Below, in pieces: positions 18,518 to 26,962 of a DNA stretch of 32,000 nucleotides. This DNA comes from Cylindrospermum sp. FACHB-282. Its GTDB lineage: Bacteria > Cyanobacteriota > Cyanobacteriia > Cyanobacteriales > Nostocaceae. Where the stretch lies: positions 1 to 32,000 of the forward strand of contig NZ_JACJRJ010000041.1 of the NCBI RefSeq assembly GCF_014697195.1, given 5' to 3'. Numbering within the stretch: the stretch's first letter is position 1; each line of letters opens with the position of its first letter. The notes beneath the pieces were generated by a model that was given only the letters and a program-made list of their open reading frames with translations, made no database searches and was not told where the DNA came from. Both the position numbers and the translations under genes were made by a program.

Positions 18518-19219
18518 ATGATCTATCTTTTAAAAGAGAAAATCACTATGAACAACGTAATTAATTACAACAACGATAAAGGACTCCTCGCTTATATTCA
18601 GTTTCTGGTATCTAGGGCACTGAAACTTGGAGAAGGTAATACTGATCCAGTCTTTGATTTCGAGGATGCACTTGATCAAACAGAGATGGCGCAGCTAGCT
18701 GTTGATGCGTTGAAAAAAATTCCTGAAGTCAACGCCTTATTTACAGAACGCTGGCTCCCTGCTGCTTTCAATCTTGATGATTTAGGCAAGCTTCCAGAGG
18801 GAACTTTAGGTAATGTTTATGCCAGGGAAATGAAAGCTAGAGGCTTCGATCCCTACTTCTACAAAAAAGTTCCTGTCGTTGATGACATTTCTTATCTCAA
18901 AATGCTTTGGAGATCCACCCATGACATTTACCATGTCGTCGCTGGATTTGATACTAATGCAATTGGTGAAATTGGGTTACAAGCTTTTTTCTTGGCTCAA
19001 ACTCCAATTCCTATTAGTGTCATGCTTGTGAGTTTTGGCATGGTGATAGTTAGTCTTTATCAACCGACTAAATTCCAGGATTTAATGCATGAAATAGCTC
19101 GTGGTTATCGACTGGGTTCTCATACTCCAGGTAAATTTATAGCTCAAAAATGGGATAAAATGTGGGACGTAAAAGTTGTGGAAATTCGTGCCCATTTAGG
19201 ATTGAATTCGATGGAGTAA
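18518..19219 (+). CDS. Coq4-family protein (HDxxH-x11-E metal-binding motif)
   Basis: HDIYHVVAGFDTNAIGE matches the Coq4 HDxxH(x)11E signature exactly. An alternative start is the ATG at 18548 (MNNVINY...). Confidence 0.7.
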   Translation: MIYLLKEKITMNNVINYNNDKGLLAYIQFLVSRALKLGEGNTDPVFDFEDALDQTEMAQLAVDALKKIPEVNALFTERWLPAAFNLDDLGKLPEGTLGNVYAREMKARGFDPYFYKKVPVVDDISYLKMLWRSTHDIYHVVAGFDTNAIGEIGLQAFFLAQTPIPISVMLVSFGMVIVSLYQPTKFQDLMHEIARGYRLGSHTPGKFIAQKWDKMWDVKVVEIRAHLGLNSME

Positions 19220-19511
19220 AACTGGTTTTTTAAAATGGTTTTGTTCAAACAGAAAATGAATTATTTAGCAGCATCTTCCCACAAGACTAAATAAAAAATT
19301 CTCCAGTAAATGGTGGAAGATAGAGTTAGTTACTCTGAAACTGCCAGAAAATTTCTGAATCAGTCGTCAACACCAATTCTGTTTTCTGCCAGTTGCTGAG
19401 AGCAATGCTATTTGAGGAAGAACTATTATTAGGTAGGCTGGAAATTACATAAAAACTATGGTATAGAAATGTATAGAATATTGTAAAGATATAAAATATA
19501 GTCTTTATAAA

Positions 19512-20234
19512 ATGCAAACTTTCTTAGCTTCTTCCTCAATGCAGCTGTCTATACGACCAAACCAATGTCAGCCTTTGAAAATTATTGCCCTGGGAGATAG
19601 CTTAGTATATGGATTTGGCGACCCTGAAAAAGGGGGCTGGGTTGAGCAATTGCGACGGTGGTGGATGTTGCCGGATAGTTCCGGTCATGTGCTTTATAAT
19701 CTAGGAGTGCGGGGCGATCGCACCCAGCAAGTCGCTCAAAGGCTAGAGGTAGAATTTCGCCATCGGGGTGAACTGCGAAACCGTGTCCCTGACTTGATTA
19801 TTTTGTCAGTCGGCGTTAATGATTCAGCCCGGTTAGCTCGTGGAAATGGCAGAAACCACACCGATTTTGCTATGTTTGAATCAGAAATGGCTTCTCTACT
19901 AGAACAAGCGCAGCAACTCTGTCCCGTGCTATTTGTAGGCATGGTACCCGTAGATGAAGCTAAAATGCCTTTTCTCGATTGCTTCCACTTCAATCATGCT
20001 GATCAGTACCGCTACAAAGAAGCAACTCGAATTGCTTGCAACAAAAGGCAGATACCCTATCTGGATATTTTCGATCAATGGATGAAACGCGGTCAAGCTT
20101 GGCAGCGCAAACGTTTGAGCGATGATGGTCTTCACCCCAATACCCTAGGCTATCAAGCTTTGTTCGAGGACGTAATCAATTGGCAAGCGATCGCCACCTA
20201 CCATGCTAAATTTGATTACCAGCTAAAACCATAG
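19512..20234 (+). CDS. SGNH/GDSL-family hydrolase
   Basis: Block I IIALGDSLVYGFGD, block II NLGVRGD, block III SVGVNDS, block V DDGLHPN. Confidence 0.88.
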   Translation: MQTFLASSSMQLSIRPNQCQPLKIIALGDSLVYGFGDPEKGGWVEQLRRWWMLPDSSGHVLYNLGVRGDRTQQVAQRLEVEFRHRGELRNRVPDLIILSVGVNDSARLARGNGRNHTDFAMFESEMASLLEQAQQLCPVLFVGMVPVDEAKMPFLDCFHFNHADQYRYKEATRIACNKRQIPYLDIFDQWMKRGQAWQRKRLSDDGLHPNTLGYQALFEDVINWQAIATYHAKFDYQLKP

Positions 20235-20251
20235 TGCTAAGTCATCAGATT

Positions 20252-20454
20252 CTTAAGCCCTAGCGACTAGAAGTCGCGGCTACACAGACAAGACGCTTTG
20301 CGTCTTCCCGGAGGAGAAGTCCGCCTGCGCGGGTTAAAAATGTTGATTTTTCCTTAGACCAAGTCGGTGGACAATGCCAGTGTAGTAGCGTATCCCTGAC
20401 GGGAGCCGGAGGCTCTATTATATTCGCCCAAGACTTTTAAAACATCCTCTAAGC
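20252..20454 (+). mobile_element. MITE-like element, copy 1 (left terminal inverted repeat deleted)
   Basis: It shares with copy 2 the blocks GCGA(C/T)TAGAA(G/A)TCGCGGCTACACAGACAA, GGGTTAAAAA, ATTTTTC.TTAG, GTGTAGTAGCG and the right end ATTATATTCGCCCAA.ACTTTTAAAACATCCTCTAAGC. Relative to copy 2, about 30 nt after CTTAAG at the left end are missing. Confidence 0.6.
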
Positions 20455-20511
20455 TCGACACCTCCTTGATAGAAATTCTAATTCCGCTCTTGTTATTTAC
20501 TCAGCACTCCC

Positions 20512-20946
20512 ATGACTCCAACTTTATTTGGTCGCTGGCAAACTCGATTATTACTACTTGCAACTGTCGGTGTATTAGTATCTTTACCCTTTGCAACTGG
20601 TTTGATTGGCCCTGGTGCTAACTCAGTTTATTTTTGGATACTTGCTTATGTCGCCATCTTTGGTTTGGGCTGGGATGCGCTTTATGACTATCTGCAAAAA
20701 TTCCGCTGGGACAGAGACTGGCCCGCAGTTTATCAACTGTTTGCTGGCATTTGGGAATTAGTATTTATCTTTTGCGGCATCAAACTTTTTGGCTTTTTAC
20801 CAATACCTGTACCCAAAGATGAACTCTCACTAGGAGCTTTTATGCTGCACTACAGCGTCGTCTGGCTAGCAGTTTTTATCACTTCACAAAGTCTCATGCG
20901 AATTATATTTCCCCGTTGGCGTTTTCGGGGTGGTGAGTGGTTGTAA
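20512..20946 (+). CDS. small integral membrane protein (144 aa, about 4 TM), function unknown
   Basis: Intact ORF with hydrophobic helices (LLLLATVGVLVSLPF, VYFWILAYVAIFGLGW, LFAGIWELVFIFCGIKLFGF, VVWLAVFITSQSL) and core-like codon usage. Confidence 0.7.
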   Translation: MTPTLFGRWQTRLLLLATVGVLVSLPFATGLIGPGANSVYFWILAYVAIFGLGWDALYDYLQKFRWDRDWPAVYQLFAGIWELVFIFCGIKLFGFLPIPVPKDELSLGAFMLHYSVVWLAVFITSQSLMRIIFPRWRFRGGEWL

Positions 20947-21355
20947 TACCTAAAACTAGAAACTCAATAGTAACCCTAGCTAAAATCATTTTCGGCAGTA
21001 AGTCAGCGTCAAAAGCGTGGAAGCATGAACTCACCCTCATTTTAGAGTTAGGACTGTCAAATAATCCCCTATCTCCTTAATATTCATGGTCAATATATTA
21101 GCCTTAATTGAACTGTTAAACAATTAAAAATTGAAGACTTTTTTGACTGGGATTTCAACCCCGATTGTAGAGGAATCAGTATTTGACTCTTTCTTTGCTA
21201 ATAAAAAGTCTAAAAGCATTAATTTGTCTTTATATATTTTGAACATTCTAGTAAAATTTTAGGTGTTAAATTTCCCAATTGTATAATTTTAGCTATTCTT
21301 ATTATTCTTTTGTGTTCTCTTGACTTAAAATTACTATAGCGATCTTAAATAAAAT

Positions 21356-21949
21356 GTGAATAGACGTCCTGCCCTTACTATCTTCACTCGAATAACAAAT
21401 CGTGACGGTGGTGTAACAGTTCAAACCCTAACTTTAGTTTTGATTGTTTTGATGTTGGGTTCTTGGCTTACTGATGCAATAGGCATCTATGCAGTGTTTG
21501 GGGCGTTTATTTTAGGTACAGCAATGCCACGGGGTGAATTTGCCCAACAAATACAGGAACGCACTGAGTATTTAACTACTGCATTTTTACTACCAATATT
21601 TTTTGTGTTCTCTGGACTCAATACTCAAATTGGATTGGTCAACACACCGACTTTGTGGAGAATTACTATCTTAATTGTAGCGATCGCAATTTTCGGTAAA
21701 GGTATCGCTTGTATGTTGGCAGCAAAATTTGCGGGGGAAAATTGGCGTGAATCTGCAACTATTGGCGCTTTGATGAATGCTCGTGGTTTGATGGAGTTAA
21801 TCATCCTCAATATTGGTCTTGAACAAGGTATAATTACTCCAACTTTATTCACTATCATGGTTATTATGGCCATCATTACTACACTCATGGCATCACCGCT
21901 AGTTGCCTTATTGTTACAAGGTACAAGTTACGCAAAATTTTCTGCTTAA
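21356..21949 (+). pseudogene. truncated CPA2 cation:proton antiporter fragment (C-terminal half of the membrane domain only)
   Basis: Residues about 24-190 are collinear with residues about 237-400 of the 730-aa antiporter at 22526 (AVFGAFILGTAMP / LIFGAFLLGAAMP; LLPIFFVFSGLNTQIGL / LLPIFFAYSGLRTQIGL; MNARGLMELIILNIGLE / MNTRGLTELIVLNIGLE). The first approximately 235 aa and the soluble C-terminal domain are absent. The ORF starts at a GTG after AT-rich DNA, and its stop codon lies inside the MITE terminus. Confidence 0.75.
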
Positions 21950-22149
21950 GAGGATGTTTTAAAAGTCTAAATTCATACTCCCCAGGGCGATTAGAAATCG
22001 CGGCTACACAGACAAAACCCACCTTTCCTGCGGAACGCTACGCGAACGTGGGTTAAAAACCCTTAATTTTTCATTAGTCCACGGAGGTGGACTTCGTTTG
22101 TGTAGTAGCGAATTATATTCGCCCAATACTTTTAAAACATCCTCTAAGC
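21944..22149 (+). mobile_element. MITE-like element, copy 2 (complete, with terminal inverted repeats)
   Basis: The left end GCTTAAGAGGATGTTTTAAAAGT and right end ACTTTTAAAACATCCTCTAAGC are inverted repeats; 17 nt (GAGGATGTTTTAAAAGT) are perfect. Internal self-complementary blocks (CTACACAGACAA ... TTGTGTAGTAG) predict a long hairpin. It has no coding capacity. Confidence 0.7.
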
Positions 22150-22525
22150 AAATTTAATCAGATGATTGAGTTGTTAATCGTTTGCTGCTCATTACCTAGC
22201 ATTTTGGCAGAACAATATACTTAGAGTTTTGTTTTTGTTAACAATTTACTTGTATTATCGTTTAAACGCCACTACTACAAATCTAAAATTTAAGACTTAT
22301 CGTCTGTTTATCTTGAGATTACTTGAGATTGCTAGTTTTTAACTTCTTTTACCGTAAGCTATTAAATTAATAACAATTAATTTTTTACTGTTGATATTAG
22401 ACCTAACAACAATTAACATCACAACGGAGTGCAAATGAACCTAGGGTGTGTTTAACAAACTTAATATTTTCCAGTTATTTAAAGGATCATCTTAGATAAC
22501 CTGGGTAGTCGCTTTAGAGGAAACC

Positions 22526-24718
22526 ATGCACATAGTTATTCTTGTCCTGGTTGAGGTGCTGATTGTTATTGGACTGTCACGGCTAGTAGGGCTAGCATTC
22601 CGCTCAATTAAGCAACCATTGGTAATTGGTGAGATTGTTGCCGGGATTATGCTTGGCCCATCTTTATTTGGTTTAATTGCTCCCCATGCCGCAGTTACCC
22701 TGTTTCCACCAGAAACTATTCCTTATCTCAATGTTTTGTCTCAGGTGGGACTGATATTTTTCATGTTTCTCATTGGGCTAGAGCTAAATCCAAAATATCT
22801 CGGTGGGCAGTTAGAAATAGCAATTTTGACTTCTCACGTCAGTATTTTGGTGCCCTTTTCCTTAGGAACGCTGCTAGCGGTAGTGCTTTATCCTCTGGTT
22901 TCTAACGGTACTGTCTCGTTTACCGCCTTTGCCCTATTTTTGGGGGCGGCGATGTCGATTACAGCTTTTCCGGTGCTAGCAAGAATTATTACGGAAAATA
23001 ATTTGCAAGGGACACGCTTGGGGACATTGGCGTTAACTTGTGCAGCTGTAGATGATGTCACGGCTTGGTGCTTGTTAGCAATTGCGATCGCTGTAGCTCG
23101 GAATGGTAGCATCGATCAACAAGCTATCCTCACCATTCTCGAAAGCTTGGTCTATATCGGCTTTATGTTCACTGTAGGGCGCTGGTTCCTCAAACGTCTT
23201 GCTACCTACTACCGTCGCACTGGACGCTTGAGCCAATTTGTTCTTGCTCTTATTTATATGGCAGTGGTTGCTTCTGCCTTAATCACCGAACTAATTGGCA
23301 TTCACCTAATTTTTGGGGCATTTTTACTGGGCGCAGCTATGCCCAAGAACGCAGATTTAGTGAGGGAATTGGCGATCAAAACTGAAGATTTTGTCCTGAT
23401 ATTTCTGCTACCCATCTTCTTTGCCTACAGTGGATTGCGGACGCAAATCGGCTTGCTGAACCGTCCTGAGTTATGGCTGTTGTGTGCATTGGTGTTGGGA
23501 GTGGCGATCGCAGGCAAGTATATTGGTACTTATGTAGCAGCACGTGTTGGTGGCGTTAATAAACGGGAAGCCTCTGCACTCGGTTGGTTAATGAATACTC
23601 GTGGTTTGACTGAGTTGATCGTACTCAATATTGGTTTGGAGTTAGGAGTAATTTCACCCTTACTGTTTACCATGCTGGTAATCATGGCATTAGTCACCAC
23701 ATTTATGACCTCACCACTGCTGGAATGGACATATCCGAAAAAGCTGATCAGGTTAGATGTAGTAGAACCAGATTTGGAAGCAGAAACGGTTACAGAGGTC
23801 ACTGCTGGTGGTGAATCTTACGTTTGTCCTTACCGGATTTTAGTACCAGTTGCTAATCCCAGTACGCAAAAAGGGTTGCTACAGTTGGCAGTAGCTATCT
23901 CTCTCAACTACCGACAACCCACCATTGTTAATCCTCTCAGCCTGATTGAATTTGAAGAAGACTATGGCTTTGAGAGTACCCCCATTGAGGTTGACCGATT
24001 AATTACCCAGCGTCACCAACAGCTTGAAGAAGTGATTAATACTTTAGAACCACCAACAACACGCTCTCATGTGCATCCTATCGTGCGGATATCGAGCAAT
24101 GTCGCTAGGGAAACAGCACAGATAGCCAAAGATGAGCAAGCTGATTTAATTTTAGTGGGATGGCACCGTCCAGCTTTTAGTACTAATCGCTTAGGTGGAA
24201 GAGTCGGTCAAATTCTCTCTACTGCACCAGTGGATGTGGCGGTGTTTGTTGACAGAGGAGGAGAGCGATTAGAAAACTTGTTGGTTCCCTACTCTGCAAA
24301 TATTCATGATGATTTGGCGCTAATTCTGGCTCTGAGACTGCTGATCAATCGTGATACTTGTATGTTGCAGATTTTACAGGTGGTGTCAGAAAACCAAGTC
24401 AAAGACGAATTGAGTTATGAACTGCACACGATGATGGGGCAATTGCCCAAAAGTGTAAGCGATCGCATCGAGATCAAGACCATTGAAGCCCCAGAGCCAA
24501 TTCAAGCCGTAGTCGCCGCTTCAGAAAAGGTTGACCTCACTATTGCAGGTACTAGCCGCGCTTGGGGTATCGAGCGTCAAACCCTGGGACGATACACAGA
24601 CGAACTCGCCATCCAATGTCGCTCTTCACTGCTGATTACCCGCCGCTACAGTCAAGTTACCTCTCATCTTGCTTCTGTACTTTCTGAAGTTAACCCTCAA
24701 AGTCCAGCCATTAGATAG
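22526..24718 (+). CDS. cation:proton antiporter (CPA2 family) with C-terminal tandem universal-stress-protein-like domains
   Basis: 730-aa ORF with an N-terminal 12-13 TM Na+/H+-exchanger-type domain (GEIVAGIMLGPSLFG, FMFLIGLELN, MNTRGLTELIVLNIGLE). The soluble tail has two USP-like halves (YRILVPVANPSTQ...ADLILVGWHRP...VDVAVFVDRG; LLVPYSANIHD...VDLTIAGTSR...SSLLITRR). Confidence 0.9.
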   Translation: MHIVILVLVEVLIVIGLSRLVGLAFRSIKQPLVIGEIVAGIMLGPSLFGLIAPHAAVTLFPPETIPYLNVLSQVGLIFFMFLIGLELNPKYLGGQLEIAILTSHVSILVPFSLGTLLAVVLYPLVSNGTVSFTAFALFLGAAMSITAFPVLARIITENNLQGTRLGTLALTCAAVDDVTAWCLLAIAIAVARNGSIDQQAILTILESLVYIGFMFTVGRWFLKRLATYYRRTGRLSQFVLALIYMAVVASALITELIGIHLIFGAFLLGAAMPKNADLVRELAIKTEDFVLIFLLPIFFAYSGLRTQIGLLNRPELWLLCALVLGVAIAGKYIGTYVAARVGGVNKREASALGWLMNTRGLTELIVLNIGLELGVISPLLFTMLVIMALVTTFMTSPLLEWTYPKKLIRLDVVEPDLEAETVTEVTAGGESYVCPYRILVPVANPSTQKGLLQLAVAISLNYRQPTIVNPLSLIEFEEDYGFESTPIEVDRLITQRHQQLEEVINTLEPPTTRSHVHPIVRISSNVARETAQIAKDEQADLILVGWHRPAFSTNRLGGRVGQILSTAPVDVAVFVDRGGERLENLLVPYSANIHDDLALILALRLLINRDTCMLQILQVVSENQVKDELSYELHTMMGQLPKSVSDRIEIKTIEAPEPIQAVVAASEKVDLTIAGTSRAWGIERQTLGRYTDELAIQCRSSLLITRRYSQVTSHLASVLSEVNPQSPAIR

Positions 24719-24726
24719 GTAAAAAA

Positions 24727-25236
24727 ATGACTCATTTCAATTTCAAATCCTTAGCCTTTTATGGAGTAGCAATCAGTTCAGTTCTCATCTTATTTAAAGC
24801 TGTCACCGCCTATGGAGAAAATAATCTCAAGACCGCTACTTCAATTAACAGTCGCTATCGTCTGACACTCACTGAGAACCTGCCGAACTGTGAGAAATCT
24901 AACGCCCTAACGTTAAATATTCAACAATCAGGTATTTACTTGAATGCCTCTCTATTACCAGCAAACACCAACGCAGATACTGAACAAAAACTTCCTCTTT
25001 CAGGACTTCTGCGCGATCAGCAGTTAAGCTTATCTGGCAAGGTTGACAAATCCATTCTTTGTAACGATCCTCAATCTCAACAAGAGCCGATTAACTCAAT
25101 CACAATTCAAATACCACTAGTAGATAAAGTTAGTATTCTCGGTCAATTAACTGTTAATGGCATTTCCAAACCTCTGGAATTCACCGCTGTACCACAAACA
25201 AATAAGGAAAAATCTCCGAAGTCAACCAGCCATTAA
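24727..25236 (+). CDS. hypothetical protein with N-terminal signal/anchor helix (169 aa)
   Basis: It starts 8 nt after the antiporter stop, so it is probably in the same operon. The N-terminal hydrophobic segment is LAFYGVAISSVLILFKAV. I recognise no motifs. Confidence 0.6.
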   Translation: MTHFNFKSLAFYGVAISSVLILFKAVTAYGENNLKTATSINSRYRLTLTENLPNCEKSNALTLNIQQSGIYLNASLLPANTNADTEQKLPLSGLLRDQQLSLSGKVDKSILCNDPQSQQEPINSITIQIPLVDKVSILGQLTVNGISKPLEFTAVPQTNKEKSPKSTSH

Positions 25237-25237
25237 A

Positions 25238-25293
25238 AATGGGCATTGGGCATTGGGAAGAGTTTTACTATTACCCATTACCCATTACCCATT
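25238..25293. repeat. heptamer-repeat hairpin: AAT(GGGCATT)x2GGG ... (ACCCATT)x3
   Basis: The left arm (25238-25257) and right arm (25274-25293) are imperfectly complementary, with GGG/CCC triplets pairing in register. It lies immediately after the stop at 25236 and is possibly a terminator or RNA-stability element. Confidence 0.8.
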
Positions 25294-25314
25294 ATTTACA
25301 TAAGAGATTAAAAA

Positions 25315-26046
25315 ATGAATCAGTTACTTAGAAATAAGCAATTTTCTCCGTCATATCAACAGATATTTGGCATTACCTTATTTAGCTTGTACACTGCGAT
25401 TGCCTTTGAAACTAGCAGCAGTATCGCCGCACCCCCAGCCAGCCTAGATAATTGGCGCTTTAACCCAGATAAACTGCAACTAGAAATTACCCTCTCCGCA
25501 GGTACCACTCCCAGCTACTTCTATCTTGCTCAACCCCCGCGTCTTGTCGTCGATATACCGAATACTAAATTGGGACGTGTTCTTACCCAAGAAAATTATT
25601 CTGGAGCCATCCAAAGTGTTCGAGTTTCCCAACTAAACGCTAGTGTTACTCGCATTGTTTTGGATTTAGCACCAGGGATTGTTTTAGATCAAAATCAGGT
25701 GCAACTACAACCTGTTTCCCGACAGAACCCCACGCGCTGGATATTAAGCTCTGTCATTGCTAATGATAGCACTTCTTCACCAAATAACTACCAACAGCAA
25801 CCCTTTGTTACTGTACCGCCCTTAACTCCTAACAACCCCTCTCAACTACCCGACACTACTCTCCCTCCAGCTACTTTCCCCAATCAATCTGGTAACCTTA
25901 ATCGCGTTACAGTCCCCAACTATGTGCCTAGTGTTCCTAATTCTGGGAACTATCCAGCCAATGTTCCTGATATCAAAGTGATTGAGTTTGGTCAACCGCT
26001 TCCCAAAGCAAATAAGCGATCGCCATCACCCCAAAACCAAAACTAA
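25315..26046 (+). CDS. AMIN domain-containing secreted/periplasmic protein with Pro/Asn/Gln-rich tail
   Basis: There is an N-terminal hydrophobic signal-like segment. The AMIN-like core is LDNWRFNPDKLQLEITLS...YFYLAQPPRLVVDIPNTKLG...VRVSQLNASVTRIVLDL. The C-terminus is low-complexity. Confidence 0.72.
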   Translation: MNQLLRNKQFSPSYQQIFGITLFSLYTAIAFETSSSIAAPPASLDNWRFNPDKLQLEITLSAGTTPSYFYLAQPPRLVVDIPNTKLGRVLTQENYSGAIQSVRVSQLNASVTRIVLDLAPGIVLDQNQVQLQPVSRQNPTRWILSSVIANDSTSSPNNYQQQPFVTVPPLTPNNPSQLPDTTLPPATFPNQSGNLNRVTVPNYVPSVPNSGNYPANVPDIKVIEFGQPLPKANKRSPSPQNQN

Positions 26047-26582
26047 AATCTCTCCGTATCCTGAGGCGTTCCGACAGCACCAGGTTGAGATAAAAAGAAA
26101 TTTTGAGCAGATTCATTCTGATATATGCATCGAATATCAGGTTTCTCACTGTCTAAATTACCCGTAAAACCAAAGGTATTCAGACGATTCTTACATTCTC
26201 TTACTTGATCAGAAGTTATCAGCTTTTTCTGTTCTAAAAGTGCCCAGTTATTTTGACGCAGAACGCATCCAGGACGCATACTCGGTTGAGCAACATAGAC
26301 ATTAAACGGGTTGAGAGTCACAAACAGTCTGGCATCCATTACCATAGCGCTGGCTCCATACTGTACGCAAAGATCAGGATTTGGAGCTTTGGTGTCAATA
26401 AATTCACGAGAAGCCACATTTGATGGAGTTAACGTGGTTGTAGAACTAAAAGCAATGCCAATACCAATTCCCAGAATTAACACCCCTCCCAAAATGGCGA
26501 TCATGGTGAAATTAAGTACTGGGGATTGGAAAGCAGGGGGTTTAGAAGTAGTAGCCGATCTACCAGTTGATTTACGTCTCAT
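26043..26582 (-). CDS. membrane-anchored conserved cyanobacterial protein (DUF3172-like)
   Basis: 179-aa ORF with a basic N-terminus, a single TM (MIAILGGVLILGIGIGIAF) and a Cys-containing soluble domain (DLCVQYGASAMV...RPGCVLRQNNW...VRECKNRL...IRCIY). The DUF3172 name is from memory and is not verified. Confidence 0.6.
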   Translation of the reverse strand: MRRKSTGRSATTSKPPAFQSPVLNFTMIAILGGVLILGIGIGIAFSSTTTLTPSNVASREFIDTKAPNPDLCVQYGASAMVMDARLFVTLNPFNVYVAQPSMRPGCVLRQNNWALLEQKKLITSDQVRECKNRLNTFGFTGNLDSEKPDIRCIYQNESAQNFFLSQPGAVGTPQDTERF

Positions 26583-26829
26583 TTTTGCTTGTTCACCTTC
26601 GCGCCGAATTGGTAGAGAGTGGTCTCAACTTCTCTCCCTCATTTAGTATGCCGAGTTTGGAGAGTAATTACCCGCTTTCTTTTTCCCAGTATATCGTGCT
26701 GATCTTACGAGGAATAGCGATCGCTCTTAGTGCGGGCGTTTCACACCATCGCACTTTCAATAATACCAATTTAATTTTTTGTCTCACCCATTCGGCCTTT
26801 GCTACCGTTTGCAATACACACCATTCGTA

Positions 26830-26852
26830 GGGACACAGCAATGCTGTGTCCC
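26830..26852. repeat. near-perfect palindrome GGGACACAGCA-A-TGCTGTGTCCC
   Basis: 11-nt arms (26830-26840 / 26842-26852). It is a stand-alone hairpin in the spacer upstream of the truncated NB-ARC/TPR gene. Confidence 0.85.
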
Positions 26853-26962
26853 CACCCGTCTTGCATCCAAACGAGAACCACTATGTTGTCTCTTGTATAA
26901 CAAGACAGTCAGCAAAAACAATGAAATACTAAGTAAATATCCTGAATGCTGCTAAAAGAGCT

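Noticed and set aside
19326-19517. 63-aa minus-strand ORF upstream of the SGNH hydrolase gene
   Set aside because: AT-rich spacer with Phe/Ile/Tyr/Ser low-complexity translation; it is likely promoter DNA.
26311-26830. Plus-strand ORFs of 111 aa and 87 aa
   Set aside because: The first is antisense to the DUF3172-like gene. The second lies in its upstream spacer and has no protein-like features.
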